This document shows positions 20,000 through 29,733 of a DNA stretch of 64,000 bases, piece by piece; position 1 is the first letter of the stretch, and every line of letters begins with the position of its first letter. The notes below the pieces were generated by a model, which saw only the letters and a list, made by a program, of their open reading frames with translations, was not told where the DNA came from and ran no database searches. Position numbers and translations under genes: made by a program. Source of the stretch: an uncultured cyanobacterium (GTDB lineage Bacteria; Cyanobacteriota; Cyanobacteriia; Cyanobacteriales; CAWCAG01); the NCBI GenBank assembly GCA_963803805.1, contig CAWDOD010000003.1:1-64000 (forward strand), read 5' to 3'.

Positions 20000-20133
20000 G
20001 ACACCTAACAATGTATATAAAAAATAGGCGAAACAGTAGTAAATCCAAAGATTTTAGCTCGTTTCTAACTTTTTGCTTAAATGAAAGTTTAGTGCTTCGA
20101 AATCGCCTACTTTTCATATACCAAACGTTAGCG
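20000..20133 (+). repeat. attC-like site 8 (family A)
   Basis: GACACCTAAC-aat-GTATATAAAAAATAGGCGA...TCGCCTACTTTTCATATAC-caaac-GTT. Confidence 0.85.
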
Positions 20134-21555
20134 GCAATACCTTAGTAATAAAGAAATTGGTTCATTGAAAATCTTGAATTGTAGGATTGACCTGATATTT
20201 GGTTTTGTCCTCTCAACCGAAGTACAGTTGGACTTCTCTTGGATTATAAACATGGTTCCATTTATAACAATTATGAATATGAAAAAAGTAGCAAGAACTC
20301 TGGAAATGGTTAAAACATTAATAGTTTTATGTGCAATTGGGCAGGAACACTTCTGGGGAAGTCCAAGTACTTCGGTTGCAAGAGAATATTCCAAGCTCAA
20401 CTTTCCTACAGAAATTCAAGAGTAAGTGTCGGGGGAGAAATCCCCCCTTCCCCACCAAATATAATCTCATGAAAAAATCTCCAATTGATGTCTTATTTTA
20501 CGAGCTATTTGGTTTCTATCCTAATAAGGCTGGGAGTGTTACGAAATTTTAACCGCTGCTGCTATAAGAATAATTACTGGTGAAGAAGTGGAATTAGACC
20601 AGCGAGTTATGGGCAACTATAGTGATACAATTTATCAAGTGGACGGGGTAACGAAGAGCCAGTCACACGAATCGATGATGAGGCTAAAGACGATACAATT
20701 CAGAATAAGAAAGTCGGACGAGGAGACATTCAAAAATTGCAGGGAGCATTGAGCGATTTGCGTTTTAAAGAAGGATTATTTACTTCGGCTACTGACTTTA
20801 CAAAACCAGCAAAGAAATATGCTGAATCTTCCTTTCTCAATCCTAGTCAAAAACCAGTACAATCATATCAGATAAGACCCTCTACCGAGGAAGATGAAAA
20901 AGGGCGAATCAAAAAATTTGAGATCACAACGGTTATGGTTCTTCCAAATTTTGAAAAAGCTAAGTACAAATATGCTTGGACAGAAGAGGCAGTTGAAAAA
21001 TTCAAAAAGAATGGATTAGCAAACAAACAAATTTCAATTAAGGTCGAGACTCTTTACGAGGATAATGGAAGTTTTGCCACGAGTATTCAAGATTTCACAC
21101 ATGATAACCAACCAATATTGATGGATATTGATGAAGAATTAGCTAAAGGTTGTTGGATCTTTCGAGGGCTTTGTATTAAGCATGAAAACGAATATTATGG
21201 ACTAAAGGGAATTGATTACGAAATCCCTTATTATCGCTTTTCAAGTACGTTTACAATAGAATCAGAAGGGAAGCCTAAAATATACGTGGCATCTGAAAAT
21301 GGAGATGTAAACAAACTTATTACGGATAAACAGCTAAGAGAAATGATACGAATCAAAAAATAAAAGCCGCTAACATTCTGTATGAAATCATGGCTGGTCA
21401 GTGGTATACGGAACTTTAGCTCTTTGTAGAAGCCCGTCAATCCGCAGGATTGACTTAGTGTATTGAGAAAAATTAGCAAGCCAATCCTGCGGATTGCCTA
21501 GTCAGTAACTCGAAACTTTTGTACTTTTAAATCAGCCACGCTTCATACAGTGGCG
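20127..21555 (+). pseudogene. Cassette 9: near-identical copy of cassette 2 (Mrr-like nuclease) with frameshifts, including att site 9 (21366-21561)
   Basis: Matches 11865-13297 from GTT to GTT; 1-nt deletions near 20538 and 20679 break the ORF. Confidence 0.9.
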
Positions 21556-21589
21556 TTGTAGTGCATTAAAAAAGAAACCTCAGTTAAGC

Positions 21590-22063
21590 TTGACAGATTC
21601 GAGACTACATATAGAAAAGTTAGAAGAGAACAGCGACATCCCTTATGATCTACTTGAATTAGCGGATCCATCGAGAATTCAGATAAATGAATATTTAAAA
21701 ACGGGAACTTGTTATTTGGCGAAAGTTGACTCTAGAGTGGTTGGAGTTTTGGTTCTTAACCAAATCGACTCTACAAGTATTGAAGTGAAAAACATAGCCG
21801 TTGACGCACGTGAACAAGGTAAAGGTTTTGGTAAGGCATTACTTAGATATTCGGAATTAGTAAGTCGAGAATTAGGATTTGATAAATTGATAATTGGGAC
21901 AGGAAATTCAAGTCTTGACCAACTTGCGCTTTATCAGAAAGTGGGCTTTGAGATGCTTGAAATTCAAAAAGACTATTTCATAAAGAATTACACCGAACCT
22001 ATTTTTGAGAACGGAATCCAGTGTAAGCATATGGTCATTTTAGAAAAGAATGTAAGAAAATAA
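21590..22063 (+). CDS. Cassette 10: GNAT acetyltransferase
   Basis: NIAV..EQGKGFGKALL and GTGNSSLDQLALYQKVGF motifs. Confidence 0.85.
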   Translation: MTDSRLHIEKLEENSDIPYDLLELADPSRIQINEYLKTGTCYLAKVDSRVVGVLVLNQIDSTSIEVKNIAVDAREQGKGFGKALLRYSELVSRELGFDKLIIGTGNSSLDQLALYQKVGFEMLEIQKDYFIKNYTEPIFENGIQCKHMVILEKNVRK

Positions 22064-22069
22064 AATAAC

Positions 22070-22201
22070 GCACTACAACAATCGCGAAGAAAACATGGGG
22101 CGACACAAACTGAAATCGAGCAATAATCTTCGCAGTTTAGTCCGTCACAGCTGGACAGACAAGAACTCTGAAATCCCACGTTTCTTAGCTTAGCGTTATA
22201 T
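22070..22201 (+). repeat. attC-like site 10 (family C variant)
   Basis: GCACTACAAC...AAGAAAACATGGG...CCCACGTTTCTT...GTT. Confidence 0.8.
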
Positions 22202-22230
22202 TGAATTAGGAATCACCTACCAAAGTCAAC

Positions 22231-23757
22231 TTGAACCTCGTAGAAAAACATTTCAGAAAAACAGAGAAACTTCTCAAGCTGATTGATAAGAACAGAATTT
22301 CGAACTGGCTTCTGAACGATGGCTACTTCCCAGAACAATATGTTTTACCTCCAACTTTTAGGGTTGACAAATTCAAGCTGAAGTCTAAACCCGAATTCAA
22401 GGATATTAATGATCTGCCAAGATTCGAGATAAACTCTATCTCCTATCCAAAATCATCTTTAACTTCTAGAGAGTTCGGTATTCAACACCCAAGAAACTAT
22501 CACGACATAGTATTTTGGCTGAATCAAGAATGGGAGTTTATTCTTAAACATCTCTTTCCTAAGAAACTCAAAATTTTCTCATACAGCATGCCAATTCCCG
22601 TTAACTCAAGATCAATTGGGAAACTAGGTAAGCTGCGTTCAGGAAGATTAATTTATGAGTGGATAACAATGACTGAAAAAGACCTTGTTGCTGAAGCGAG
22701 CAAGTATAAATTAATCGTCCGCTCGGATATTACGAACTTTTATAATTCAATATATACTCACAGTATTGGATGGGCGCTTCACGGACAAGAGAAAGCCTTC
22801 AAAGACAAGAAAAGTAGTTTACTAGGAAATAAGATTGATAAGTTGGTTCAATATGCCAACTATGGCCGAACTAATGGTTTACCAGTTGGATCAGCTTTAA
22901 GTAATTTAATCGCGGAACTGATACTCACCAAGGTAGATTTGAACGTATCAAAAAAACTAAAATCAGTTGACTTTCTAGCTACAAGATTTAAAGATGACTA
23001 TCGAATCCTATGCCATAATGATGATGATGCAAAACACATTCTCAAAGTGCTTGCAGATGAATTAAGAGAGTTCAATTTGCTAATTAATGAATCCAAAACA
23101 GCAATCCTCGAACTTCCTACTGGACTGTACAGACAGCACGATAGAGACTTCCATCCATTCTCTGTTAAGCGCAAGAAAAGTATAGGTTTTAAAACCTTTG
23201 AACTCACATTGCTCAAAGTTCTTGATATTCACCGTGAATATCCAGGAACCAGCATTATTGAAAAATACTTCAGCGAACTATTTGACAAGGACTATATACT
23301 CAAAATCAAATTCTCAAATCACACAGCATCAAAAAAGAAACAGATTTATAGTGCACTCAGTCTTCTCCTATTAACAAAACGAGAATCAGAAAAATCTATG
23401 AGCGCAATTCTTTCACTAATTGAGGTAATATACCTTGATAACCGATCAACATCTTTAAAAGAGCATCTGAAGGAACTTATCATGGCAGAAATTAAACTTG
23501 CTAATGAGAAGAAATCTGCATTTGACTTAGCTTGGCTAATCTTCTTCTCAAGGTATTTGTCATTGGGAATTAATGAGGTTTGGATAAGATGTAACGTTAA
23601 CTCAGAACTAAGAAAGAACTCATTTGTGGCTTCCATATTTTTAAGCAAACAGAAGATATTTACTGATTCGAAAGTGGATCTTTTTCAAAAACCCAAAGAC
23701 TGCAAAGACATATCACTTGCCAAAAGATTGGCAGTTTTCGAGCGAGACAAAACGTAA
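22231..23757 (+). CDS. Cassette 11: reverse transcriptase of Abi/UG (defence-associated) type
   Basis: DITNFYNSIYTHSIGWALHG, GLPVGSALS and catalytic RFKDDY; helical C-terminal extension. Confidence 0.82.
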   Translation: MNLVEKHFRKTEKLLKLIDKNRISNWLLNDGYFPEQYVLPPTFRVDKFKLKSKPEFKDINDLPRFEINSISYPKSSLTSREFGIQHPRNYHDIVFWLNQEWEFILKHLFPKKLKIFSYSMPIPVNSRSIGKLGKLRSGRLIYEWITMTEKDLVAEASKYKLIVRSDITNFYNSIYTHSIGWALHGQEKAFKDKKSSLLGNKIDKLVQYANYGRTNGLPVGSALSNLIAELILTKVDLNVSKKLKSVDFLATRFKDDYRILCHNDDDAKHILKVLADELREFNLLINESKTAILELPTGLYRQHDRDFHPFSVKRKKSIGFKTFELTLLKVLDIHREYPGTSIIEKYFSELFDKDYILKIKFSNHTASKKKQIYSALSLLLLTKRESEKSMSAILSLIEVIYLDNRSTSLKEHLKELIMAEIKLANEKKSAFDLAWLIFFSRYLSLGINEVWIRCNVNSELRKNSFVASIFLSKQKIFTDSKVDLFQKPKDCKDISLAKRLAVFERDKT

Positions 23758-23760
23758 AAC

Positions 23761-23880
23761 TCAATATAACAAACACTATCATCCATAAGCTTACAGAGCT
23801 ATTTGCAAAGGCTGGTGCTATAAGATACTTTTATAGAAATTTGAAAAGTCTAGCTTACGGATGATAGTTGGGCGTTGGCG
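23761..23880 (+). repeat. attC-like site 11
   Basis: TCAATATAAC-aaac-ACTATCATCCATAAGCT...AGCTTACGGATGATAGT-tgggc-GTT. Confidence 0.85.
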
Positions 23881-23908
23881 GTAATTTGAGAAAAACGAAA
23901 AAAACAAT

Positions 23909-24641
23909 ATGAATATTAAACGATTAGCATTCGGACTTCTGACAATTGGACTTATAAGTTGCAATTCGACACCGAAAGAAAAGAACACAAAAGAAACAGA
24001 AACCTATCCCGACATTAAAATTGTAGGTGCAATGAAAAACGTGATGTGGAAAGGCGAATTAGGAAGTAGCATTGATCTTGACACTATTTCGGAGAAAAAT
24101 GGACTTTATGGACTTGGACCTGTAAGTTTCTTGACAGGCGAATTGCTGATTAATAACGGAAAGAGTTATGTGTCAAAAGTTACTTCTGATTCAACAATGA
24201 AAGTTGAAAAAACCTTTAATACATCAGCACCATTCTTTGTTTATGGAAACGTAACTGAATGGAACGAAATAGATTTGCCTTCTAACGTTAAAACAATTCA
24301 AGATTTAGAAAAATTCATTGTCGACAAAACAACTGAATTCAAAAGACCTTTCACCTTTAAAATAATTGGACAGGTTTCAAGTGCGATTATCCATATTCAG
24401 AATTTACCCGAAGGAACAAAAGTGTCATCGCCAGATGAAGCACATCAAGGTCTAGACAAATTACAATATTGGAAAAGAAGATGCTGAAATAATCGGATTT
24501 TTCTCGACCGAACACAAAGGAGTTTTTACACATCACGACTCATTTTTGCATCTGCACTTGATAACAAAAGACGAAAGCAAAATGGGACATTTAGACGAAT
24601 TAGAAATCGGAAAAATGAAACGATATCTACCGAAAAAATAA
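23909..24641 (+). pseudogene. Cassette 12: alpha-acetolactate decarboxylase-like lipoprotein, frameshifted near 24450
   Basis: LYGLGP..LTGE motif; the shifted frame continues IGFFSTEHKGVFTHHDSFLHLHLI. Confidence 0.7.
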
Positions 24642-24646
24642 AAAAA

Positions 24647-24778
24647 TACCGCCAACAATGTATATAAAAAATAGGCAAAACAGTAGTAAATTCAAGGCTT
24701 TTGGCTCGTCAAACTTTGTGCTTAACCGAAAGTTTAGTACTTCGAAATTGCCTACTTTTCATATACTAAAAGTTATAA
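24647..24778 (+). repeat. attC-like site 12 (family A)
   Basis: TACCGCCAAC...family A stem...GTT. Confidence 0.85.
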
Positions 24779-24792
24779 GCAATGATAACTGC

Positions 24793-25215
24793 ATGAAGAA
24801 AATATTAATAATAGCCGCTGTAGTGATAATTGGTGTGATTCTTTATCTGAATTACCTAGTTAAGGAACACGACTTAAGGCCATTACATAAATATGAAGAC
24901 ATTCAAATACCTGTAGGTCTTGATTGTTCTTCTGTCCGATTAGGGAATTTTGAAACTGAGAAATCATATATTGAAAGAACAGAAAGCAAACAAATTCAAA
25001 CGAACAAAGCAACCGGTGACAAGAAGGAATTTTACATGGATTGGAAAAGCAATTGTGAATATGTTCTGACATCAGTAAATGATGAATCTGAAGTGATAAG
25101 AATTAAAATTACTGCAGTTAACCCTGACAACTATGGCTGCTATGTGATTTCTGATAAATATGCGGACAATTACCCAAATTTTTTATCAATTACGCGTGTT
25201 AAAAAAAGCTTATAA
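24793..25215 (+). CDS. Cassette 13: hypothetical membrane-anchored protein
   Basis: MKKILIIAAVV start; the TAA stop lies inside GCTTATAAC. Confidence 0.65.
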   Translation: MKKILIIAAVVIIGVILYLNYLVKEHDLRPLHKYEDIQIPVGLDCSSVRLGNFETEKSYIERTESKQIQTNKATGDKKEFYMDWKSNCEYVLTSVNDESEVIRIKITAVNPDNYGCYVISDKYADNYPNFLSITRVKKSL

Positions 25216-25404
25216 CATTCTGTATGAAATCATGGCTGGTCAGTGCTAGACGCGACTTTGGTGCTTCGTGGCTAGCCCGTCAATCCGCAGGATTGACTTA
25301 CTGTGTTGAAATAATTTAGCAAGCCAATCCTGCGGATTGACTCGGTGGTAAACCGAAACTTTTGTACTTTTAAATCAGCCACGATTCATACAGTGGCGTT
25401 ACCT
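25208..25404 (+). repeat. attC-like site 13 (family B)
   Basis: GCTTATAAC-att-CTGTATGAAATCATGGCTG...CAGCCACGATTCATACAG-tggc-GTT. Confidence 0.85.
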
Positions 25405-25431
25405 TTCATAAAAGAGCAAATTACAGAGCAC

Positions 25432-25956
25432 ATGAAAATAATCCTTTTTACCATCATCTTCTTTGTCTCACTTTCAATTAACGGACAAGGCTTTCATGAT
25501 CGTCATCCAGAACTATCAAAGTTTGCTAAAAATATTGATGACCAATTAGAATCATACAAATCAGTTATACTTGAAAACGAGGCGTTTCTTGATAATATGA
25601 CGGACGGAGGAGGAATTCTAAAAGGCTATTTTTCAGGGGACAAAATCGTTAAAATTGAACTTTGGGCTGGAGTTTCGAACGGCAAACATGAATTTGACTA
25701 CTATTTTAAAGAATCTGAACTGTTCTATATAGTAGAGTCATTCAAGCGATATTCTTATGACGTGAACTCTGACACGTGGGACTACTCTAAACTGGTACAG
25801 TCATTCCAAGGAGACTACCTTTTCTTACCTACTTTTGACTACGAAACACTAGGACACAATAGATTCGAAAATGATGAGTTTGACCCCGAAGAGACATTGG
25901 CTGAGGAAGTAGAAGAGTATGTTAAACTTCTGAACGAGAAAAGAAACGAAAGGTAA
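25432..25956 (+). CDS. Cassette 14: secreted hypothetical protein
   Basis: Signal peptide MKIILFTIIFF; stop lies inside GAAAGGTAAC. Confidence 0.65.
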   Translation: MKIILFTIIFFVSLSINGQGFHDRHPELSKFAKNIDDQLESYKSVILENEAFLDNMTDGGGILKGYFSGDKIVKIELWAGVSNGKHEFDYYFKESELFYIVESFKRYSYDVNSDTWDYSKLVQSFQGDYLFLPTFDYETLGHNRFENDEFDPEETLAEEVEEYVKLLNEKRNER

Positions 25957-26144
25957 CATTCTGTATAAATCATGGCTGTTAGTAGGTTATTGTTCCTTTA
26001 GCTCTTTGTAGAAAGCCCGGCAATTTGCAGGATTGACTTATTGGTGAATATTAATTTAATAAGCCAATCCTGCGGATTGCCTCGGTAGTTCACTGAAATT
26101 TTTATACTTTTAATCAGCCACGAATTTATACAGTGGCGTTAGCT
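25948..26144 (+). repeat. attC-like site 14 (family B)
   Basis: GAAAGGTAAC-att-CTGTATAAATCATGGCTG...CAGCCACGAATTTATACAG-tggc-GTT. Confidence 0.85.
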
Positions 26145-26166
26145 GTTATTAAATAATGAGAAGATT

Positions 26167-27006
26167 ATGATTGACCCTGTAACTGGATTGACAATTTTAG
26201 GAGGAGCCTTCGGGGGAGCAAAAGTTCTTGAAAAAATATTAGGCCCTACCTCTGAATATATTGGTGACCAAATAAAGGAATGGACAAAAAAGAAAGTTGA
26301 AAATACTTCCAATATTTTCAAAAATGCAGAGAAAAAACTTGGTGATAAGATTAAGAATGATGGCCAGGTTCCTCCAAAGGTTCTAAAAGGAATATTAGAA
26401 GATGGTGCCTGGTGCGAAGAAGATCTGCAGGTAGAATATTTTGGAGGCGCTCTTGCTTCTTCCAGATCAGGTGTATCCAGAGATGATAGAGGTGCTTATT
26501 TTGTGTCCTTAATTGCAAGATTAACTACGTATCAATTAAGAACTCACTATCTATTTTATCATTTAATAAAGAAGCACTTTGATGGTCAAGATATAAACAT
26601 CAATGATGGTAATAATTGGAGAAACCTTGAAATTTTCCTGCCTTTCGAAACATTTTACCACGCTATGGATTTTACGGAAGATGAAGCCAACGATTGGTCG
26701 AACATCCTTTCCCATGCGGTTTGGGGATTGAACAAAGAAGAACTTTTGACTGGTTTTAGCTGGGGGCCAAAAGATCATGTCCAGAAGAAATTCAAACTTG
26801 CGGACACGGATGGAATAATCTTTCAACCTACAAAATCTGGTGTAGAATTATTTATGTGGGCATACGGTCATGGACAAGATTCAGTAAACAACTTCTTTAG
26901 TTCTGAACTCATATTCCCTAACGATCAAGCAATCAAAATTGGCAGCTCTGTTTCGACAAAAGAGGAAAAAGAAATGGAGCAAGAAAAAAAGAAAAACAAC
27001 AGCTAA
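26167..27006 (+). CDS. Cassette 15: hypothetical protein, possibly Abi-alpha-like
   Basis: VPPKVLKGILEDG..EEDLQVEYFGGALASS pattern; family guess is tentative. Confidence 0.5.
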   Translation: MIDPVTGLTILGGAFGGAKVLEKILGPTSEYIGDQIKEWTKKKVENTSNIFKNAEKKLGDKIKNDGQVPPKVLKGILEDGAWCEEDLQVEYFGGALASSRSGVSRDDRGAYFVSLIARLTTYQLRTHYLFYHLIKKHFDGQDININDGNNWRNLEIFLPFETFYHAMDFTEDEANDWSNILSHAVWGLNKEELLTGFSWGPKDHVQKKFKLADTDGIIFQPTKSGVELFMWAYGHGQDSVNNFFSSELIFPNDQAIKIGSSVSTKEEKEMEQEKKKNNS

Positions 27007-27052
27007 CAAAACCTAAACTGCATTAAAACGCAGTTTAGCCAAACCGTTGTGC
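26998..27052 (+). repeat. attC-like site 15 (minimal, 55 bp)
   Basis: AACAGCTAAC-aaaac-CTAAACTGC-attaaaac-GCAGTTTAG-ccaaacc-GTT. Confidence 0.85.
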
Positions 27053-27076
27053 GTCATTTAAAAATGAAACTTTGAA

Positions 27077-27700
27077 ATGCAAATTAAACCTGAAGAATTA
27101 GATAATAATGGGTACGTCCTAATAGACAGTTTAGGACATAAGGAACTTATTCCATTTGTGAGAACATACTTAAAAAAGCGGACAAAAATTTCATCATTTT
27201 ACACAGTCTCTAATATAATTATAGTTGTTGCAATAATATTTTGTTTTTGGCAAAATTATGGAATTGGTGATTTTAGTTTGGGTAGTGGAATTACATATTT
27301 TACTTATGGAATGGCTATTGCATTTGGACTGATACCATTACACGAATTTATCCACGTTTTAGCTTATAAATCTCAAGGTGCTGAAAAAACATCCTATGGG
27401 GCGAATTTAAAAAAATTTCATTTTATGGCAATTGCTGATAAGTTTGTTGCCAACAAAAAAGAATTTCAAGTTGTTGCCCTTGCACCATTTATAGTCATAT
27501 CTATTATTTTGGGAATTCTTCTATTTTTTGTTTCAAATCTATGGGATTTTACAATTCTAGGAATATTGCTCACTCATACGGCTTTTTCTTCAGGAGATTT
27601 TGGTTTATTAAGCTACTTTGAATTTAACAATGACAGAGAAATTATAACCTACGATGATAAAGAAAATAACATTTCATATTTTTATGGAAAGATTAAGTAA
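27077..27700 (+). CDS. Cassette 16: DUF3267-like membrane zinc metallopeptidase
   Basis: LHEFIH (HExxH), ALAPF and SSGDF motifs; transmembrane segments. Confidence 0.75.
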   Translation: MQIKPEELDNNGYVLIDSLGHKELIPFVRTYLKKRTKISSFYTVSNIIIVVAIIFCFWQNYGIGDFSLGSGITYFTYGMAIAFGLIPLHEFIHVLAYKSQGAEKTSYGANLKKFHFMAIADKFVANKKEFQVVALAPFIVISIILGILLFFVSNLWDFTILGILLTHTAFSSGDFGLLSYFEFNNDREIITYDDKENNISYFYGKIK

Positions 27701-27709
27701 AAAAAACGA

Positions 27710-27842
27710 ACGCACAACAATGTATATAAAAAATAGGCGAAACAGTACTAGATTCAAGGCTTTTGGCTCGCCTCAAAGTTGGTACTTAACCGAAAGTTTG
27801 GTACTTCGAAATCGCCTACTTTTCATATACTCAACGTTGTAT
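27710..27842 (+). repeat. attC-like site 16 (family A)
   Basis: ACGCACAAC...family A stem...GTT. Confidence 0.85.
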
Positions 27843-27895
27843 GTAATTAAACCTTACCGTACAAAGACAGTCTAAGAAGTAAAATCGTTGTTCTT

Positions 27896-28924
27896 ATGAA
27901 AAGTAATTTAATATTGTTTTTACCAATCATACTATTCTGCATCTCCTGCGGAAAAGATTCCGTCACCCCAATAAATGAAGAAATAAGCACTGCCAGTACT
28001 TTTTCAGGAATAATTTGTTTGGTTACTAATGCACAAGCAGATCCCGCATTTACTTTTGACATGCCTTATATTGATGGGGTTAAACTTCGTCTTGGATGGA
28101 GAAATATTGAGCAATCTAATAATGTTTATGATTGGTCTTTAATAGATAGCTATGTTGAGGAAGCAAGAACAAGAGATAAGGATTTAAGTATTAGTATTGC
28201 AGGTGGGTCAGCTTCGCCTCAATGGTTAATTGCCATGCTTGAACCAAGTGAGTATGTTATTGCCAGAGGTAACATCGTTCCAAATCTTTGGAATGAAACT
28301 TATGTAACGGAGTATATTCAGTTTATAGAAGCTTTTGGTGCAAGGTATGTCAATGAAAAATATGTTTCTCACATCACAGTATCAGGAATAGGATACACAA
28401 ATGAACCCGTTATTCCGCCACCTTTTGGATTGGAAGTGCTTGAAGAATGGTCTATATCAAGTAATCGTATAATTGATGCTTACATTGCTAACTTTCCAGC
28501 AAAGGCTATTTCCATACCTGTTCATACTCAAATATCTACAGAAGACACTTGGGATTTTTTCAAAGAGCACGTGCTAAACCCTACTTACCTTAAATCAGAA
28601 AATATTGGTTTAGAATATCATGGTCTTGATGCAACAGCTTCATCCATTGAAGGAACGATAGCCGACAACTATTATCAGGAAATAAAGGATATTGCCGAAT
28701 TTAGAACAACGGGCTATCAATTTGTATGTTCGACTATTGGGAACAGTGTGTGTGATCCAGCCTGGGTAAATGGTTCATCTCAAAATACGGATAATCTATT
28801 ACAAAGAACATTAGAAGCTGGCGTGATAAACGGAGCAGATTTTATAGAAGTATATGCTAATGATGCTTCAGATCCTACAAATCTTGAACTTTTTAAAAGT
28901 ATTTCAACCCTATTGAAGGAATGA
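27896..28924 (+). CDS. Cassette 17: lipoprotein with glycoside-hydrolase-like TIM barrel
   Basis: Lipobox ISC; RLGWRNIE...YDWSLID and SPQWL resemble beta-galactosidase-like GH-A proteins. Confidence 0.55.
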   Translation: MKSNLILFLPIILFCISCGKDSVTPINEEISTASTFSGIICLVTNAQADPAFTFDMPYIDGVKLRLGWRNIEQSNNVYDWSLIDSYVEEARTRDKDLSISIAGGSASPQWLIAMLEPSEYVIARGNIVPNLWNETYVTEYIQFIEAFGARYVNEKYVSHITVSGIGYTNEPVIPPPFGLEVLEEWSISSNRIIDAYIANFPAKAISIPVHTQISTEDTWDFFKEHVLNPTYLKSENIGLEYHGLDATASSIEGTIADNYYQEIKDIAEFRTTGYQFVCSTIGNSVCDPAWVNGSSQNTDNLLQRTLEAGVINGADFIEVYANDASDPTNLELFKSISTLLKE

Positions 28925-28928
28925 AAAC

Positions 28929-29062
28929 TACATACAACAAAGTATATAAAAAATAGGCGAAATAGTAGTGAAATCAATACTTTTGGCTCGTTTCAAACTT
29001 TATGTTTTACCGAAAGTTTAGTTCTTCCTAACTGCCTACTTTTCATATACTAAACGTTGTAG
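28929..29062 (+). repeat. attC-like site 17 (family A)
   Basis: TACATACAAC...family A stem...GTT. Confidence 0.85.
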
Positions 29063-29084
29063 TGCATTAAAATACCTTGTTTAC

Positions 29085-29363
29085 ATGAAATCTGAGATTG
29101 AATCAATTCTTACAAAGTATCGAGGGAAATTATCAATTTGCTCATGTACTAAAAATGAATTGACTAATCTGTTAGAATTCGACCATCATGTTGTGAAAAT
29201 TAATGGTGAGAAGGGTGTACTAATTACATATCATTTAATAGGTACAAAAATGGAATGCGATTTTTATGAAGTAATAGTTGTTCATGAATACGTCATTAGT
29301 CATCCTTCGGTACCCGACCATGTCAATCAAATTATAGATAAAATGGATTGGGAAAGAAAATGA
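29085..29363 (+). CDS. Cassette 18: small hypothetical protein
   Basis: 92-aa ORF filling the cassette between GTTGTAGTGC and GCACTACAAC. Confidence 0.6.
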   Translation: MKSEIESILTKYRGKLSICSCTKNELTNLLEFDHHVVKINGEKGVLITYHLIGTKMECDFYEVIVVHEYVISHPSVPDHVNQIIDKMDWERK

Positions 29364-29367
29364 AACC

Positions 29368-29500
29368 GCACTACAACAACACATATAGCTTATGGCGGGT
29401 GAACAGCTACCAGCAAGGGTTTCGCTCCGTAGCCAGCCTTGGTTTCAATGGACAGGAAAGTGCGTCGAAAGCGCCACAAGCCATATGCAAACCGTTAGCG
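29368..29500 (+). repeat. attC-like site 18
   Basis: GCACTACAAC-aaca-CATATAGCTTATGGCG...CGCCACAAGCCATATG-caaacc-GTT. Confidence 0.85.
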
Positions 29501-29672
29501 CCAATAACGCTTATCTCTCTTTCACAGTAGCAATAAAGCTCGCATAAATTAGAGATTACTTCGTAAAAAATAATCCAATCGCAATTTAACAATCTCGTAG
29601 AGTAGAATTCATTCAGGAATTATTCTTTTGAGATACGAAAAAGTATCAATACAAAAATAAAACACATCTTAT

Positions 29673-29720
29673 ATGACAGGGTTGTCATTTATTTCATTAC
29701 ATTTGTGACAGGGTTGTCAT
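29673..29720 (+). promoter_or_regulatory. Tandem TetR-type operators flanking a Bacteroidota -7 promoter element
   Basis: ATGACAGGGTTGTCAT (29673-29688), TACATTTG (29698-29705, matches TAnnTTTG) and TGACAGGGTTGTCAT (29706-29720). Confidence 0.75.
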
Positions 29721-29733
29721 TAATGTAATAAAT

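Noticed and set aside
22231-23757. RT as a retron, group II intron or DGR
   Set aside because: There is no space for msr/msd or intron RNA in the cassette, no VTG or maturase motif, and no template/variable repeat pair.
24658-24792. N-terminal extension MYIKNRQ... of ORF 24658-25215, and similar ORFs or extensions at 25345, 27654, 29348, 35656 and 38196
   Set aside because: These translate att-site sequence; the plausible starts lie inside the cassettes after the GTT core.
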